Virus record (IMG/VR): IMGVR_UViG_2778261031_000003
Strand: one strand, 5' to 3'
From: a virus
Taxonomy: Duplodnaviria; Heunggongvirae; Uroviricota; Caudoviricetes
Length of the DNA: 15,275 nucleotides
The stretch's first letter is position 1. Each line of letters starts with the position of its first letter. A program made the position numbers and the translations under genes. This document shows, one piece after another, positions 1 to 9,056 of this stretch. The notes under the pieces are model-generated. The model had not been told where the DNA came from. It was given only the letters and a program-made list of their open reading frames with translations, and made no database searches.

Positions 1-13
1 GACTTCCCTCTCC

Positions 14-48
14 CCCAAATAAAAAGGCCTGCGATTACCAGCAGGCCT
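14..48 (-). terminator. Rho-independent terminator downstream of ren
   Basis: Inverted repeat aggcctgc (25-32) / gcaggcct (41-48) with an 8-nt loop; on the minus strand it is followed by a TTTTTATTT run (plus 16-24), about 25 nt past the ren stop. Confidence 0.55.
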
Positions 49-73
49 GTTATTAGCTCAGTGATGTAGATGG

Positions 74-364
74 TCATCTTTTAACTCCATATACTGCCAA
101 TACCCGTTTCATCGCGGCACTCTGGCGACACTCCTTAAAAATCAGGTTCGTGCTCATCTTTCCTTCCCGTTCTTCCCTGGTAGCAAACCGGTAATACACC
201 GTTCGCCAGACCTTACCTTCGATAACCAGAAGACCTGCCCGTGCCATTTTAGCCGCGGCCTGATTTATGCTGGTTACTGTTGCGCCTGTTAGCGCGGCAA
301 CGTCCGGCGCACAGAAGCTATTATGCGTCCCCAGGTAATGAATAATTGCCTCTTTGCCCGTCAT
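74..364 (-). CDS. ren: Ren protein (lambda-type, 96 aa)
   Basis: 96-aa ORF matching recalled lambda Ren almost residue for residue (MTGKEAIIHYLGTHNSFCAPDVAALTGATV...); start overlaps the stop of P. Confidence 0.9.
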   Translation of the reverse strand: MTGKEAIIHYLGTHNSFCAPDVAALTGATVTSINQAAAKMARAGLLVIEGKVWRTVYYRFATREEREGKMSTNLIFKECRQSAAMKRVLAVYGVKR

Positions 365-1062
365 ACACTTGCTCCTTTCAGTCCGAACTTAGCTTTGATT
401 TCTGCGATCTTCGCCAGAGCCTGTGCACGATTTAGAGGTCTACCGCCCATGACAGGAAGTTGTTTTACTGGTTCAGGGATCGCCTCACCACGGTTAATTC
501 TCGCAGTCATATGGACAAGCTCATCTGCGGCCTTACGGCGTAATTCCGCATCAGTAAGCGCATTGGCCCGCATGTTCTGATACAGGTTGGTAATCAGCCA
601 GTAGTGCGCGTTTGATTTCCACGGATAAGACTCCGCATCCGGATACAGGCCTCGCTTCCGGCAATACTCGTAAACCATATCAACCAGCTCGCTGACGTTT
701 GGCAGTCCGGCGGTAACGGATGCTTCTTCCCGGCACCATGCAACAAACTGCCCGGGTGATGGCAGAAATGGTCGATTCTGCCGACGGGCTACGCGCATTC
801 CTGCGTTAACCTGTTCCATCGTGGTGATCCCGTTTTCCCGAAAAGCCAGAACCCACTGGCGACGGATTTCGTTCAGTTCGTTCTGGTCACGGTTAGCCAG
901 ACTCGCCGGGAAAGTTGCCAGTAACTGGCTGAACACACCGTTGATGATCTGCGCTACCTGCTGTACCTGTGGCTTTTCGTCGTACTGTTCCGGCATGTTG
1001 TTGGCGATCCGACGCATCTGCTCACGGTCAAAGTTAACCATCTGTGCGGCGATGTTTTTCAT
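361..1062 (-). CDS. P: Replication protein P (DnaB-loading, lambda-type, 233 aa)
   Basis: 233-aa ORF matching recalled lambda P (MKNIAAQMVNFDREQMRRIANNMPEQYDEKPQ...); 4-nt overlap with the O stop, as in lambda. Confidence 0.95.
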   Translation of the reverse strand: MKNIAAQMVNFDREQMRRIANNMPEQYDEKPQVQQVAQIINGVFSQLLATFPASLANRDQNELNEIRRQWVLAFRENGITTMEQVNAGMRVARRQNRPFLPSPGQFVAWCREEASVTAGLPNVSELVDMVYEYCRKRGLYPDAESYPWKSNAHYWLITNLYQNMRANALTDAELRRKAADELVHMTARINRGEAIPEPVKQLPVMGGRPLNRAQALAKIAEIKAKFGLKGASV

Positions 1063-1958
1063 AGATCCACCCCGTAAATCCAGTCTGTGTTTGTCAGGTC
1101 GAGTTTTGGTTTGCTGGCTGTCACGACTGCCTGTTGCTTGTTACGGTTGATTTCGAGCTGGGTCCACTTGTCGCGGAGTTTGGCCGGACTCAGCACGTTA
1201 CCGGACCAGAAGTTGTCCTGGCAGGCCCAGCGGAAAAGCACACACATATCGCGGTGGTTACGTCCGTCACGTTCACGCATCAGGCGGATATCGTTAGCCC
1301 ACCCTGCAAAATTCGGTTTTCTGGCTGATGGCGCGATGGTCTTCACCATGTCAAACATCCACTCTGCGGCGGTCAGGTCTTCTGCCGTCCCCCACTTGCT
1401 GCCGCTCTGAATTGCAGCATCCGGTTTCACCACAGAAAGGTCGTTTTCTGGCTGGTCAGAGGATTCGCCAGAATTCTCTGACGAATAATCTTTTCTTTTT
1501 TCTTTTGTAATAGTGTCTTTTGTGTCCCCCTGTTTTGAGGGATAGCAATCCCCCAATTTGAGGGATGTTTTATCCCTCGTTTTAGGGGATTTTCCCTCGT
1601 TTTGAGGGATGCACCATTCTGAGATGTTTTTGTTTGGTCCAAACATGCCGCCTTGCTGCTTGATAATATTCATTCTGACGAGTTCTAACTTGGCTTCATT
1701 GCACCGTTTGACAGGTAACTTTGTAATCTCGCTAAGTTGAGAATCGGTGATTCTGTCCATTGGTTTATTCCACCCATAGGTTTTACGCAGAATGGCAAGC
1801 AGCACTTTAAACTGTCGCTTGGTCAGATCTGCGCCTGAATAAGCCTCAAGCAGCATATTTGATAGTCTGGCGTAACCATCATCGAGATCTGCCACATTAC
1901 GCTCCTGTCCGGCAAAGTTACCTCGGCCGAAGTTGAGTATTTTTGCTGTATTTGTCAT
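1059..1958 (-). CDS. O: Replication initiator protein O (lambda-type, 299 aa)
   Basis: 299-aa ORF matching recalled lambda O (MTNTAKILNFGRGNFAGQERNVADLDDGYARLSNMLLEAY...); contains the ori iterons internally, as in lambda. Confidence 0.95.
   Translation of the reverse strand: MTNTAKILNFGRGNFAGQERNVADLDDGYARLSNMLLEAYSGADLTKRQFKVLLAILRKTYGWNKPMDRITDSQLSEITKLPVKRCNEAKLELVRMNIIKQQGGMFGPNKNISEWCIPQNEGKSPKTRDKTSLKLGDCYPSKQGDTKDTITKEKRKDYSSENSGESSDQPENDLSVVKPDAAIQSGSKWGTAEDLTAAEWMFDMVKTIAPSARKPNFAGWANDIRLMRERDGRNHRDMCVLFRWACQDNFWSGNVLSPAKLRDKWTQLEINRNKQQAVVTASKPKLDLTNTDWIYGVDL
1488..1612. other. ori-lambda: four direct iterons (O-binding sites) plus adjacent AT-rich unwinding region, inside the O gene
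   Basis: Reverse complement of the lambda ori region: repeated tccctcaaa / cgagggat iteron units between about 1531 and 1612, next to the A/T-rich stretch aatcttttcttttttcttttgtaatagtgtcttttgtg (about 1488-1525). Confidence 0.9.
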
Positions 1959-1990
1959 AATGACTCCTGTTGATAGATCCAGTAATGACC

Positions 1991-2284
1991 TCAGAATTCC
2001 ATCTGGATTTGTTCAGAACGCTCGGTTGCCGCCGGGCGTTTTTTATTGGTGAGAATCGAAGCAACTTGTCGTGCCAATCGAGCCATGTCGTCGTCAACGA
2101 CACCCCATTCAAGAACAGCAAGCAGCATTGAGAACTTTGGAATCCAGTCCCTCTTCCACCTGCTGATCTGCGACTTATCAACGCCCACAGCTTCCGCTGT
2201 CTTCTCAGTTCCAAGCATTGCGATTTTGTTAAGCAACGCACTCTCGATTCGTAGAGCCTCGTTGCGTTTGTTTGCACGAACCAT
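1991..2284 (-). CDS. cII: Transcriptional activator CII (97 aa)
   Basis: MVRANKRNEALRIESALLNKIAMLGTEKTAEAVGVDKSQISRWKRDWIPKF... matches recalled lambda CII; ATG (reverse complement) at 2282-2284. The longer track ORF (to 2344) is an upstream extension. Confidence 0.9.
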   Translation of the reverse strand: MVRANKRNEALRIESALLNKIAMLGTEKTAEAVGVDKSQISRWKRDWIPKFSMLLAVLEWGVVDDDMARLARQVASILTNKKRPAATERSEQIQMEF

Positions 2285-2363
2285 ATGTAAGTATTTCCTT
2301 AGATAACAATTGATTGAATGTATGCAAATAAATGCATACACCATAGGTGTGGTTTAATTTGAT

Positions 2364-2396
2364 GCCCTTTTTCAGGGCTGGGATGTGTAAGAGCGG
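2364..2396 (-). promoter_or_regulatory. nutR-like N-utilisation site (boxB hairpin 2364-2378, boxA about 2380-2396)
   Basis: Plus strand gcccttttt cagggc is the reverse complement of lambda boxB GCCCTGAAAAAGGGC; adjacent tgtgtaagagcg is the reverse complement of boxA CGCTCTTACACA. Lies between cro and cII, as nutR does in lambda. Confidence 0.75.
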
Positions 2397-2403
2397 GAAT
2401 GTC

Positions 2404-3758
<1,355 letters not shown>

Positions 3759-3808
3759 TCCCCACCTCAATCTCGATAACCAAAAAACAAACTATTTTCC
3801 GTTTAAAA

Positions 3809-3882
3809 ACAATGGAGTTTGTTTTTCATGCCCCTTTTTACAATATTTCTTGTTTACAACATACAATCTTTCTTGTAATTTT
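3809..3882 (+). promoter_or_regulatory. 434-type left operators OL with pL
   Basis: Three 14-bp ACAA-N6-TTGT sites: acaatggagtttgt (3809-3822), acaatatttcttgt (3840-3853), acaatctttcttgt (3863-3876); candidate -35 tttaca (3854-3859) and -10 taattt (3876-3881) oriented toward N. Confidence 0.7.
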
Positions 3883-3921
3883 AAGCCATCAGCAGGACGC
3901 ACTGACCACCATTGAAGGTGA

Positions 3922-3952
3922 TGCTCTTAAAAATTAAGCCCTGAAGAAGGGC
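3922..3952 (+). promoter_or_regulatory. nutL (boxA variant tgctcttaaaaattaa, boxB gccctgaagaagggc at 3938-3952)
   Basis: Near-exact match to recalled lambda nutL; boxB is a 5-bp stem with a GAAGA loop. Confidence 0.85.
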
Positions 3953-4110
3953 AGCATTCAAAGCAGAAGGCTTTGGGGTGTGTGATACGAAACGAAGCAT
4001 TGGCCGGAAGTGCGAATCCGGATTAGCTGCAAATGAGCCAATCGTGGGGTGTTTTCGTTCAGGACTACGACTCACACACACCACCAAAGCTAACTGACAA
4101 GAGAATCCAG

Positions 4111-4434
4111 ATGGATGCACAAACACGCCGCCGCGAACGTCGCGCAGAGAAACAGGCTCAATGGAAAGCAGCAAATCCCCTGTTGGTTGGGGTAAGCGCA
4201 AAACCAGTTAACCGCCCTATTCTCTCGCTGAATCGCAAACCGAAATCACGAGTAGAAAGCGCACTGAATCCGATAGACCTTACGGTGCTGGCTGAATACC
4301 ACGAACAGATTGAAAGCAACCTGCAACGTATTGAGCGCAAGAATCATCGAGTTTGGTATAGCAAGCCAAGTGAGTTCGGTATAACTTGTCAAGGAAGACA
4401 AAAGGTTAAAGGGAAATCCATTCCATTGGCATGA
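4111..4434 (+). CDS. N: Antitermination protein N (107 aa)
   Basis: MDAQTRRRERRAEKQAQWKAANPLLVGVSAKPVNRPILSLNRKPKSRVESALNPIDLTVLAEYH... matches recalled lambda N, including the arginine-rich N-terminal motif. The track ORF start at 4033 is an upstream extension. Confidence 0.9.
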   Translation: MDAQTRRRERRAEKQAQWKAANPLLVGVSAKPVNRPILSLNRKPKSRVESALNPIDLTVLAEYHEQIESNLQRIERKNHRVWYSKPSEFGITCQGRQKVKGKSIPLA

Positions 4435-4442
4435 GGTACGTA

Positions 4443-5312
4443 ATGAAGAAAATTGATTACAAGTCCATACCAAAACCAATAGACTCAGCATCAGAGCGAA
4501 AAAAACACAAAAAAGAGGCTGAAAAATTAGCAAATTATATCAGTTTTATTAGAAACAATGCTCACGGCGATGGCGACAGGAAGTTGCTTTCAGATGCCCG
4601 GACCCAAGCGTTCAGCATACTTCGTAAGCAGATGCAATATCGTCTTCATCCAGGCTACATAATTGAAATTCGCCCGACTGAAAGACAATTGTTCTTATTA
4701 AACTCTGTCTTTGACTTTGTAAACGTAGTTGGAGATCTTATCGACAGGTCTGTAGATAAGGCTCCTGATACAAATAGTTTTCTTCTAACAAATAAAGAAT
4801 ACTTATATGGTAAATTTGGTATAAACGGATGGCAAAAATATGTACGATTCTTACGTGCATTCGTTGATGCGTATAAAAATTCCGACATGATTTATACATA
4901 TTTGCCTGGTGGTAATAATTGTACGCTTTCGGCAGACAATAGAATATTCATACCTATACTTGGTCTTGGGCTGATTAATGCAGTAAATGAAAGAGATGTT
5001 ATAATTGTTAAGCAGTGGCGAAAGCATGAGGGATATAGATATCTGCCATGCTTTGATATATTAAAAATACAGAATAAATTCTATGTGAAAATTAAATATA
5101 AAGAAGATGTTTTCTTCCTCAGAAAAAACAAAGATCTTTTACAAGAACTTTCTGGGACAATAGATGTCATCGTAGGTTCTAGGTTTATAAAAGAACTGAA
5201 AGAAAGCAGGTCTTTCTCTCGTGTAGAGATAAGCGAGTCAGAGTTATGGGGTATATCAAATAATCCTGTAAACCACGCTCACCAACGAAATCCAAACAAA
5301 AAGTGGTCATAA
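4443..5312 (+). CDS. Hypothetical protein (about 290 aa), AT-rich cargo gene A between N and cIII; candidate phage-exclusion/defence protein
   Basis: Long ORF with gaggt SD 7 nt upstream of the ATG at 4443. An alternative start at 4431 overlaps the N stop as ATGA. Very AT-rich and lysine/asparagine/isoleucine-rich; no lambda counterpart recognised. Confidence 0.7.
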   Translation: MKKIDYKSIPKPIDSASERKKHKKEAEKLANYISFIRNNAHGDGDRKLLSDARTQAFSILRKQMQYRLHPGYIIEIRPTERQLFLLNSVFDFVNVVGDLIDRSVDKAPDTNSFLLTNKEYLYGKFGINGWQKYVRFLRAFVDAYKNSDMIYTYLPGGNNCTLSADNRIFIPILGLGLINAVNERDVIIVKQWRKHEGYRYLPCFDILKIQNKFYVKIKYKEDVFFLRKNKDLLQELSGTIDVIVGSRFIKELKESRSFSRVEISESELWGISNNPVNHAHQRNPNKKWS

Positions 5313-5335
5313 CCCGCTCAGGCGGGTTTCATTTT
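5313..5335 (+). terminator. Intrinsic terminator after cargo gene A
   Basis: cccgc (5313-5317), loop tcag, gcggg (5322-5326), then tttcatttt. Confidence 0.5.
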
Positions 5336-5454
5336 CACGCAAACAATAGAATAAACACTGCACTGTGTATTCATTCCAACGAGTGAATACACGGAGCAAT
5401 GTCGCTCGTAACTAAACAGGAGTCGACTTGTTCTGATTATTGGAAATCTTCTTT

Positions 5455-5480
5455 GCCCTCCAGTATGAGGGCGATTTTTT
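5455..5480 (+). terminator. Intrinsic terminator immediately upstream of cargo gene B
   Basis: gccctc (5455-5460), loop cagtat, gagggc (5467-5472), followed by gatttttt. Confidence 0.7.
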
Positions 5481-5500
5481 ATCTGTGAGGATATGAATAG

Positions 5501-5869
5501 ATGTCAAACATCAAAAAATACATCATTGATTACGACTGGAAAGCATCAATAGAAATTGAAATCGACCATGACGTAATGACAGAGGAAAAACTTTACCAGA
5601 TTAATAATTTCTGGTCAGACTCTGAATACCGACTCAATAAACACGGCTCTGTATTAAATGCTGTATTAATCATGCTGGCGCAACATGCTCTGCTTATAGC
5701 AATTTCAAGCGACTTAAATGCATATGGTGTTGTGTGTGAGTTCGACTGGAATGATGGAAATGGTCAGGAAGGATGGCCTCCAATGGATGGTAGCGAAGGA
5801 ATAAGAATTACCGATATCGATACATCAGGAATATTTGATCCAGATGATATGACTATCAAAGCCGCCTGA
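5501..5869 (+). CDS. Hypothetical protein (122 aa), cargo gene B, acidic C-terminal region
   Basis: ORF with gagga SD about 9 nt upstream of the ATG at 5501; hydrophobic central segment and a D/E-rich C-terminus; no recognised lambda homologue. Confidence 0.65.
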   Translation: MSNIKKYIIDYDWKASIEIEIDHDVMTEEKLYQINNFWSDSEYRLNKHGSVLNAVLIMLAQHALLIAISSDLNAYGVVCEFDWNDGNGQEGWPPMDGSEGIRITDIDTSGIFDPDDMTIKAA

Positions 5870-5941
5870 GCGCGGCGTTACCGCATACCAATAACGCTTC
5901 ACTCGAGGCGTTTTTCGTTATGTATAAATAAGGAGCACACC

Positions 5942-6106
5942 ATGCAATATGCCATTGCAGGGTGGCCTGTTGCTGGCTGCCCTTCCGAATCTTTACTTGA
6001 ACGAATCACCCGTAAATTACGTGACGGATGGAAACGCCTTATCGACATACTTAATCAGCCAGGAGTCCCAAAAAATGGATCAAACACTTATGGCTATCCA
6101 GACTAA
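5942..6106 (+). CDS. cIII: CIII protein (54 aa; FtsH/HflB inhibitor)
   Basis: Manual translation gives [54 protein letters not shown], matching recalled lambda CIII. Below the ORF-track size cutoff; aggag SD upstream. Confidence 0.85.
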   Translation: MQYAIAGWPVAGCPSESLLERITRKLRDGWKRLIDILNQPGVPKNGSNTYGYPD

Positions 6107-6239
6107 ATTCACTATCGCCACTTTTATTGGCGATGAAAAGATGTTTCGTGAGGCCGTCGACGCTTATAAAAAATGGATATTAATACTGAAACTGAGATCA
6201 AGCAAAAGCATTCACTACCCCCCTTCCCTGTTTTTCTAA
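6075..6239 (+). CDS. kil: Kil (host cell-division inhibitor), about 54 aa here
   Basis: [43 protein letters not shown]... matches recalled lambda Kil; starts 31 nt before the cIII stop, as in lambda. The track ORF start at 5949 is an out-of-frame extension over cIII. The C-terminus appears a few residues longer than my recollection of lambda Kil. Confidence 0.7.
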   Translation: MDQTLMAIQTKFTIATFIGDEKMFREAVDAYKKWILILKLRSSKSIHYPPSLFF

Positions 6240-6589
6240 TCAGCCCGGCATTTCGCGGACGATATTTTCACAGCTATTTCAGGAGTTCAGCCATGAACGC
6301 TTATTACATTCAGGATCGTCTTGAGGCTCAGAGCTGGGCGCGTCACTACCAGCAGATCGCCCGTGAAGAGAAAGAGGCAGAACTGGCAGACGACATGGAA
6401 AAAGGCCTGCCCCAGCACCTGTTTGAATCGCTATGCATCGATCATTTGCAACGCCACGGGGCCAGCAAAAAAGCCATTACCCGTGCGTTTGATGACGATG
6501 TTGAGTTTCAGGAGCGCATGGCAGAACACATCCGGTACATGGTTGAAACCATTGCTCACCATCAGGTTGATATTGATTCAGAGGTATAA
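6173..6589 (+). CDS. gam: Gam (RecBCD inhibitor, 138-aa long form; short form would start at the internal MNAYY)
   Basis: [74 protein letters not shown]... matches recalled lambda Gam. Confidence 0.9.
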   Translation: MDINTETEIKQKHSLPPFPVFLISPAFRGRYFHSYFRSSAMNAYYIQDRLEAQSWARHYQQIAREEKEAELADDMEKGLPQHLFESLCIDHLQRHGASKKAITRAFDDDVEFQERMAEHIRYMVETIAHHQVDIDSEV

Positions 6590-6594
6590 AACGG

Positions 6595-7380
6595 ATGAGT
6601 ACAGCACTCGCAACGCTGGCTGGGAAGCTGGCTGAACGTGTCGGCATGGATTCTGTCGACCCACAGGAACTGATCACCACTCTTCGCCAGACGGCATTTA
6701 AAGGTGATGCCAGCGATGCGCAGTTCATCGCATTGTTGATCGTCGCCAACCAGTACGGCCTTAATCCGTGGACGAAAGAAATTTACGCCTTCCCTGATAA
6801 GCAGAACGGCATCGTTCCGGTGGTGGGCGTTGATGGCTGGTCCCGTATCATCAATGAAAACCAGCAGTTTGATGGCATGGACTTTGAGCAGGACAATGAA
6901 TCCTGCACATGCCGGATTTACCGCAAGGACCGTAATCATCCGATCTGCGTTACCGAGTGGATGGATGAATGCCGCCGCGAACCATTCAAAACCCGCGAAG
7001 GCAGAGAAATCACGGGGCCGTGGCAGTCGCATCCCAAACGGATGTTACGTCATAAAGCCATGATTCAGTGTGCCCGTCTGGCCTTCGGATTTGCTGGTAT
7101 CTATGACAAGGATGAAGCCGAGCGCATTGTCGAAAATACCGCATACACTGCAGAACGTCAGCCGGAACGCGACATCACTCCGGTTAACGATGAAACCATG
7201 CAGGAGATTAACACTCTGCTGATTGCCCTGGATAAAACATGGGATGACGACTTATTGCCGCTCTGTTCCCAGATATTTCGCCGCGACATTCGCGCATCGT
7301 CAGAACTGACACAGGCCGAAGCAGTGAAAGCTCTTGGATTCCTGAAACAGAAAGCCTCTGAGCAGAAGGTGGCTGCATGA
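6595..7380 (+). CDS. bet: Bet (Red-beta single-strand annealing protein, 261 aa)
   Basis: [72 protein letters not shown]... matches recalled lambda Bet. Confidence 0.95.
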   Translation: MSTALATLAGKLAERVGMDSVDPQELITTLRQTAFKGDASDAQFIALLIVANQYGLNPWTKEIYAFPDKQNGIVPVVGVDGWSRIINENQQFDGMDFEQDNESCTCRIYRKDRNHPICVTEWMDECRREPFKTREGREITGPWQSHPKRMLRHKAMIQCARLAFGFAGIYDKDEAERIVENTAYTAERQPERDITPVNDETMQEINTLLIALDKTWDDDLLPLCSQIFRRDIRASSELTQAEAVKALGFLKQKASEQKVAA

Positions 7381-8057
7381 CACCGGACATTATCCTGCAG
7401 CGTACCGGGATCGACGTGAGAGCTGTCGAACAGGGAGATGATGCGTGGAACAAATTACGACTCGGCGTCATCACGGCTTCAGAAGTTCACAATGTGATAG
7501 CAAAACCCCGCTCCGGTAAAAAGTGGCCTGACATGAAAATGTCCTACTTTCACACCCTGCTGGCTGAGATTTGCACCGGTGTGGCTCCGGAAGTTAACGC
7601 TAAGGCGCTGGCCTGGGGAAAACAGTACGAGAATGACGCCAGAGCCCTGTTTGAGTTTACTTCCGGCGTGAATGTTACTGAATCCCCGATCATCTATCGC
7701 GACGAAAGTATGCGCACCGCCTGCTCTCCCGATGGTTTATGCAGTGACGGCAACGGCCTTGAGCTGAAATGCCCGTTTACCTCCCGGGATTTCATGAAGT
7801 TCCGGCTCGGTGGTTTCGAGGCCATAAAGTCGGCTTACATGGCCCAGGTGCAGTACAGCATGTGGGTGACACGAAAAGATGCCTGGTACTTTGCCAACTA
7901 TGACCCACGAATGAAGCGTGAAGGCCTGCATTATGTCGTGGTTGAGCGGGATGAAAATTACATGGCGAGTTTTGACGAGATGGTGCCGGAGTTCATCGAA
8001 AAAATGGACGAGGCACTGGCTGAAATTGGTTTTGTATTTGGGGAGCAATGGCGATGA
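7377..8057 (+). CDS. exo: Exo (lambda exonuclease / Red-alpha, 226 aa)
   Basis: [64 protein letters not shown]... matches recalled lambda Exo; 4-nt overlap with the bet stop. Confidence 0.95.
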   Translation: MTPDIILQRTGIDVRAVEQGDDAWNKLRLGVITASEVHNVIAKPRSGKKWPDMKMSYFHTLLAEICTGVAPEVNAKALAWGKQYENDARALFEFTSGVNVTESPIIYRDESMRTACSPDGLCSDGNGLELKCPFTSRDFMKFRLGGFEAIKSAYMAQVQYSMWVTRKDAWYFANYDPRMKREGLHYVVVERDENYMASFDEMVPEFIEKMDEALAEIGFVFGEQWR

Positions 8058-8236
8058 CGCATCCTCACGATAATATCCGGGTAGGCGCGATCACTTTCGT
8101 CTACTCCGTTACAAAGCGAGGCTGGGTATTTCCCGGCCTTTCTGTTATCAGAAATCCACTGAAAGCACAGCGGCTGGCTGAGAAGATAAATAATAAACGG
8201 GGAGCTGTATGCACAAAGCATCTCCTGTTGAGTTAA
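8054..8236 (+). CDS. Small lambda-like early-left ORF (60 aa; orf60a-like by position and size)
   Basis: ATGA overlap with the exo stop (8054-8057); [60 protein letters not shown]. Size and position fit the lambda ORF immediately downstream of exo; name assignment is from memory. Confidence 0.6.
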   Translation: MTHPHDNIRVGAITFVYSVTKRGWVFPGLSVIRNPLKAQRLAEKINNKRGAVCTKHLLLS

Positions 8237-8400
8237 GAACGAGCATTGAGATGGCACATAGCCTCGCTCAAATTGGAGTCAGGTTTGTGCCAATACCAGT
8301 AGAAACAGACGAAGAATTTCATACGTTAGCCGCATCCCTTTCACAAAAGCTGGAAATGATGGTGGCGAAAGCAGAAGCAGATGAGAGAGACCAGGTATGA
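8209..8400 (+). CDS. Small lambda-like early-left ORF (63 aa; orf63-like)
   Basis: 63-aa ORF overlapping the previous ORF by 28 nt, the same arrangement I recall for lambda orf60a/orf63. Confidence 0.55.
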   Translation: MHKASPVELRTSIEMAHSLAQIGVRFVPIPVETDEEFHTLAASLSQKLEMMVAKAEADERDQV

Positions 8401-8480
8401 CAACCACTGAATGCATTTTTCTGGCAGCGGGCTTCATATTCTGTGTGCTTATGCTTGCCGACATGGGGCTTGTTCAATGA
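8397..8480 (+). CDS. Hypothetical 27-aa hydrophobic peptide (MTTTECIFLAAGFIFCVLMLADMGLVQ)
   Basis: ATGA overlaps at both ends (8397-8400 with the upstream stop, 8477-8480 with the downstream start) suggest translational coupling; predicted single transmembrane helix. Very short, so coding status is uncertain. Confidence 0.35.
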   Translation: MTTTECIFLAAGFIFCVLMLADMGLVQ

Positions 8481-8692
8481 CACCTCAGCAAGAAAACGCC
8501 CTTCGCAGTATTGCCCGTCAGGCTAATTCTGAAATCAAAAAAGCCAGACAGCAGTTTCCGGATAAAAACGTCGATGACATTTGCCGTAGCGTACTGAAGA
8601 AGCACCGCGAAACGGTAACGCTGATGGGATTCACACCGACTCATTTAAGCCTGGCGATCGGCATGTTGAACGGCGTCTTTAAGGAACGGTGA
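8477..8692 (+). CDS. Small lambda-like early-left protein (71 aa)
   Basis: MTPQQENALRSIARQANSEIKKARQQFPDKNVDDICRSVLKKHRETVTLMGFTPTHLSLAIGMLNGVFKER; ATG at 8477. The track ORF start at 8411 is an extension. Family assigned by position in the b-region, from memory. Confidence 0.55.
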   Translation: MTPQQENALRSIARQANSEIKKARQQFPDKNVDDICRSVLKKHRETVTLMGFTPTHLSLAIGMLNGVFKER

Positions 8693-8711
8693 ACATGAAA
8701 AGCAAAATCAT

Positions 8712-8740
8712 CAGGGAGCTACAGGCTCCTTTTTTATTAT
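8712..8740 (+). terminator. Intrinsic terminator-like hairpin plus T-run
   Basis: ggagc tacag gctcc followed by ttttttatt (about 8714-8740), downstream of the small-ORF chain. Confidence 0.5.
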
Positions 8741-8790
8741 TCGCATTTACCCTCAAGCGTATTAACCAACAATTCAGGGATTAATGAAAG

Positions 8791-9009
8791 ATGGCAGACA
8801 TCATTGATTCAGCATCAGAAATCGAAGAATTACAGCGCAATACAGCAATAAAAATGCGTCGTCTGAACTACCAGACTGTATCCGCAACTCATTGTTGTGA
8901 GTGTGGCGATCCGATAGATGAGCGAAGACGCCTGGCTGTTCAGGGTTGTCGGACTTGTGCGAGTTGCCAGGAGGAGATCGAACTTAAGAACAAACAATGG
9001 GGACTGTGA
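8791..9009 (+). CDS. TraR/DksA-family C4-type zinc-finger protein (72 aa)
   Basis: Two CxxC pairs (CCECGDPIDERRRLAVQGCRTCASCQ) with the spacing and short acidic N-terminal helix typical of phage/plasmid TraR-like proteins. Confidence 0.7.
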   Translation: MADIIDSASEIEELQRNTAIKMRRLNYQTVSATHCCECGDPIDERRRLAVQGCRTCASCQEEIELKNKQWGL

Positions 9010-9056
9010 TGGCCTCAAAGCAGCAAATTTCAACATCGTCCAACTGAGGTGTAAAA

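Noticed and set aside
323-1510. Plus-strand ORFs (323-580, 821-1150, 1087-1410, 1134-1328, 1328-1510) overlapping ren, P and O
   Set aside because: Antisense to well-supported lambda replication genes, with no independent start signals.
1427-1642. Repeats that could look CRISPR-like, and a 71-aa plus-frame/antisense ORF across them
   Set aside because: These are the ori-lambda iterons inside the O gene: four closely spaced direct repeats with no spacer architecture or cas genes. The ORF is antisense to O and spurious.
3881-4533. Minus-strand ORFs 3881-4201, 4158-4340 and 4246-4533
   Set aside because: Antisense to nutL and N (the last also to the start of cargo gene A), with no ribosome-binding sites.
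4655-4888. 77-aa minus-strand ORF inside cargo gene A
   Set aside because: Antisense ORF in AT-rich DNA and shorter than the sense frame it overlaps.
5870-5941. Possible terminator between cargo gene B and cIII (gccgc...gcggc and acgc...gcgttttt)
   Set aside because: Stems are short (4-5 bp) with long loops. It may be a weak tL-type terminator, but the evidence is too thin to call.
5949-6239. 96-aa ORF in the track annotation
   Set aside because: Only the portion from the ATG at 6075 corresponds to kil; the upstream part is an out-of-frame overlap with cIII, which is in a different frame at 5942-6106.
6321-8464. Alternate-frame and antisense ORFs within gam, bet, exo and the small-ORF chain (6321-6635, 6477-6749, 6562-7032, 6830-7063, 7208-7474, 7737-8048, 7958-8257, 8279-8464)
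   Set aside because: All overlap strongly supported lambda-type genes whose products match known proteins essentially end to end.
8695-8787. 30-codon ORF (MKSKIIRELQAPFLLFAFTLKRINQQFRD)
   Set aside because: It contains the hairpin and T-run of a likely intrinsic terminator, which is the simpler explanation for this interval.
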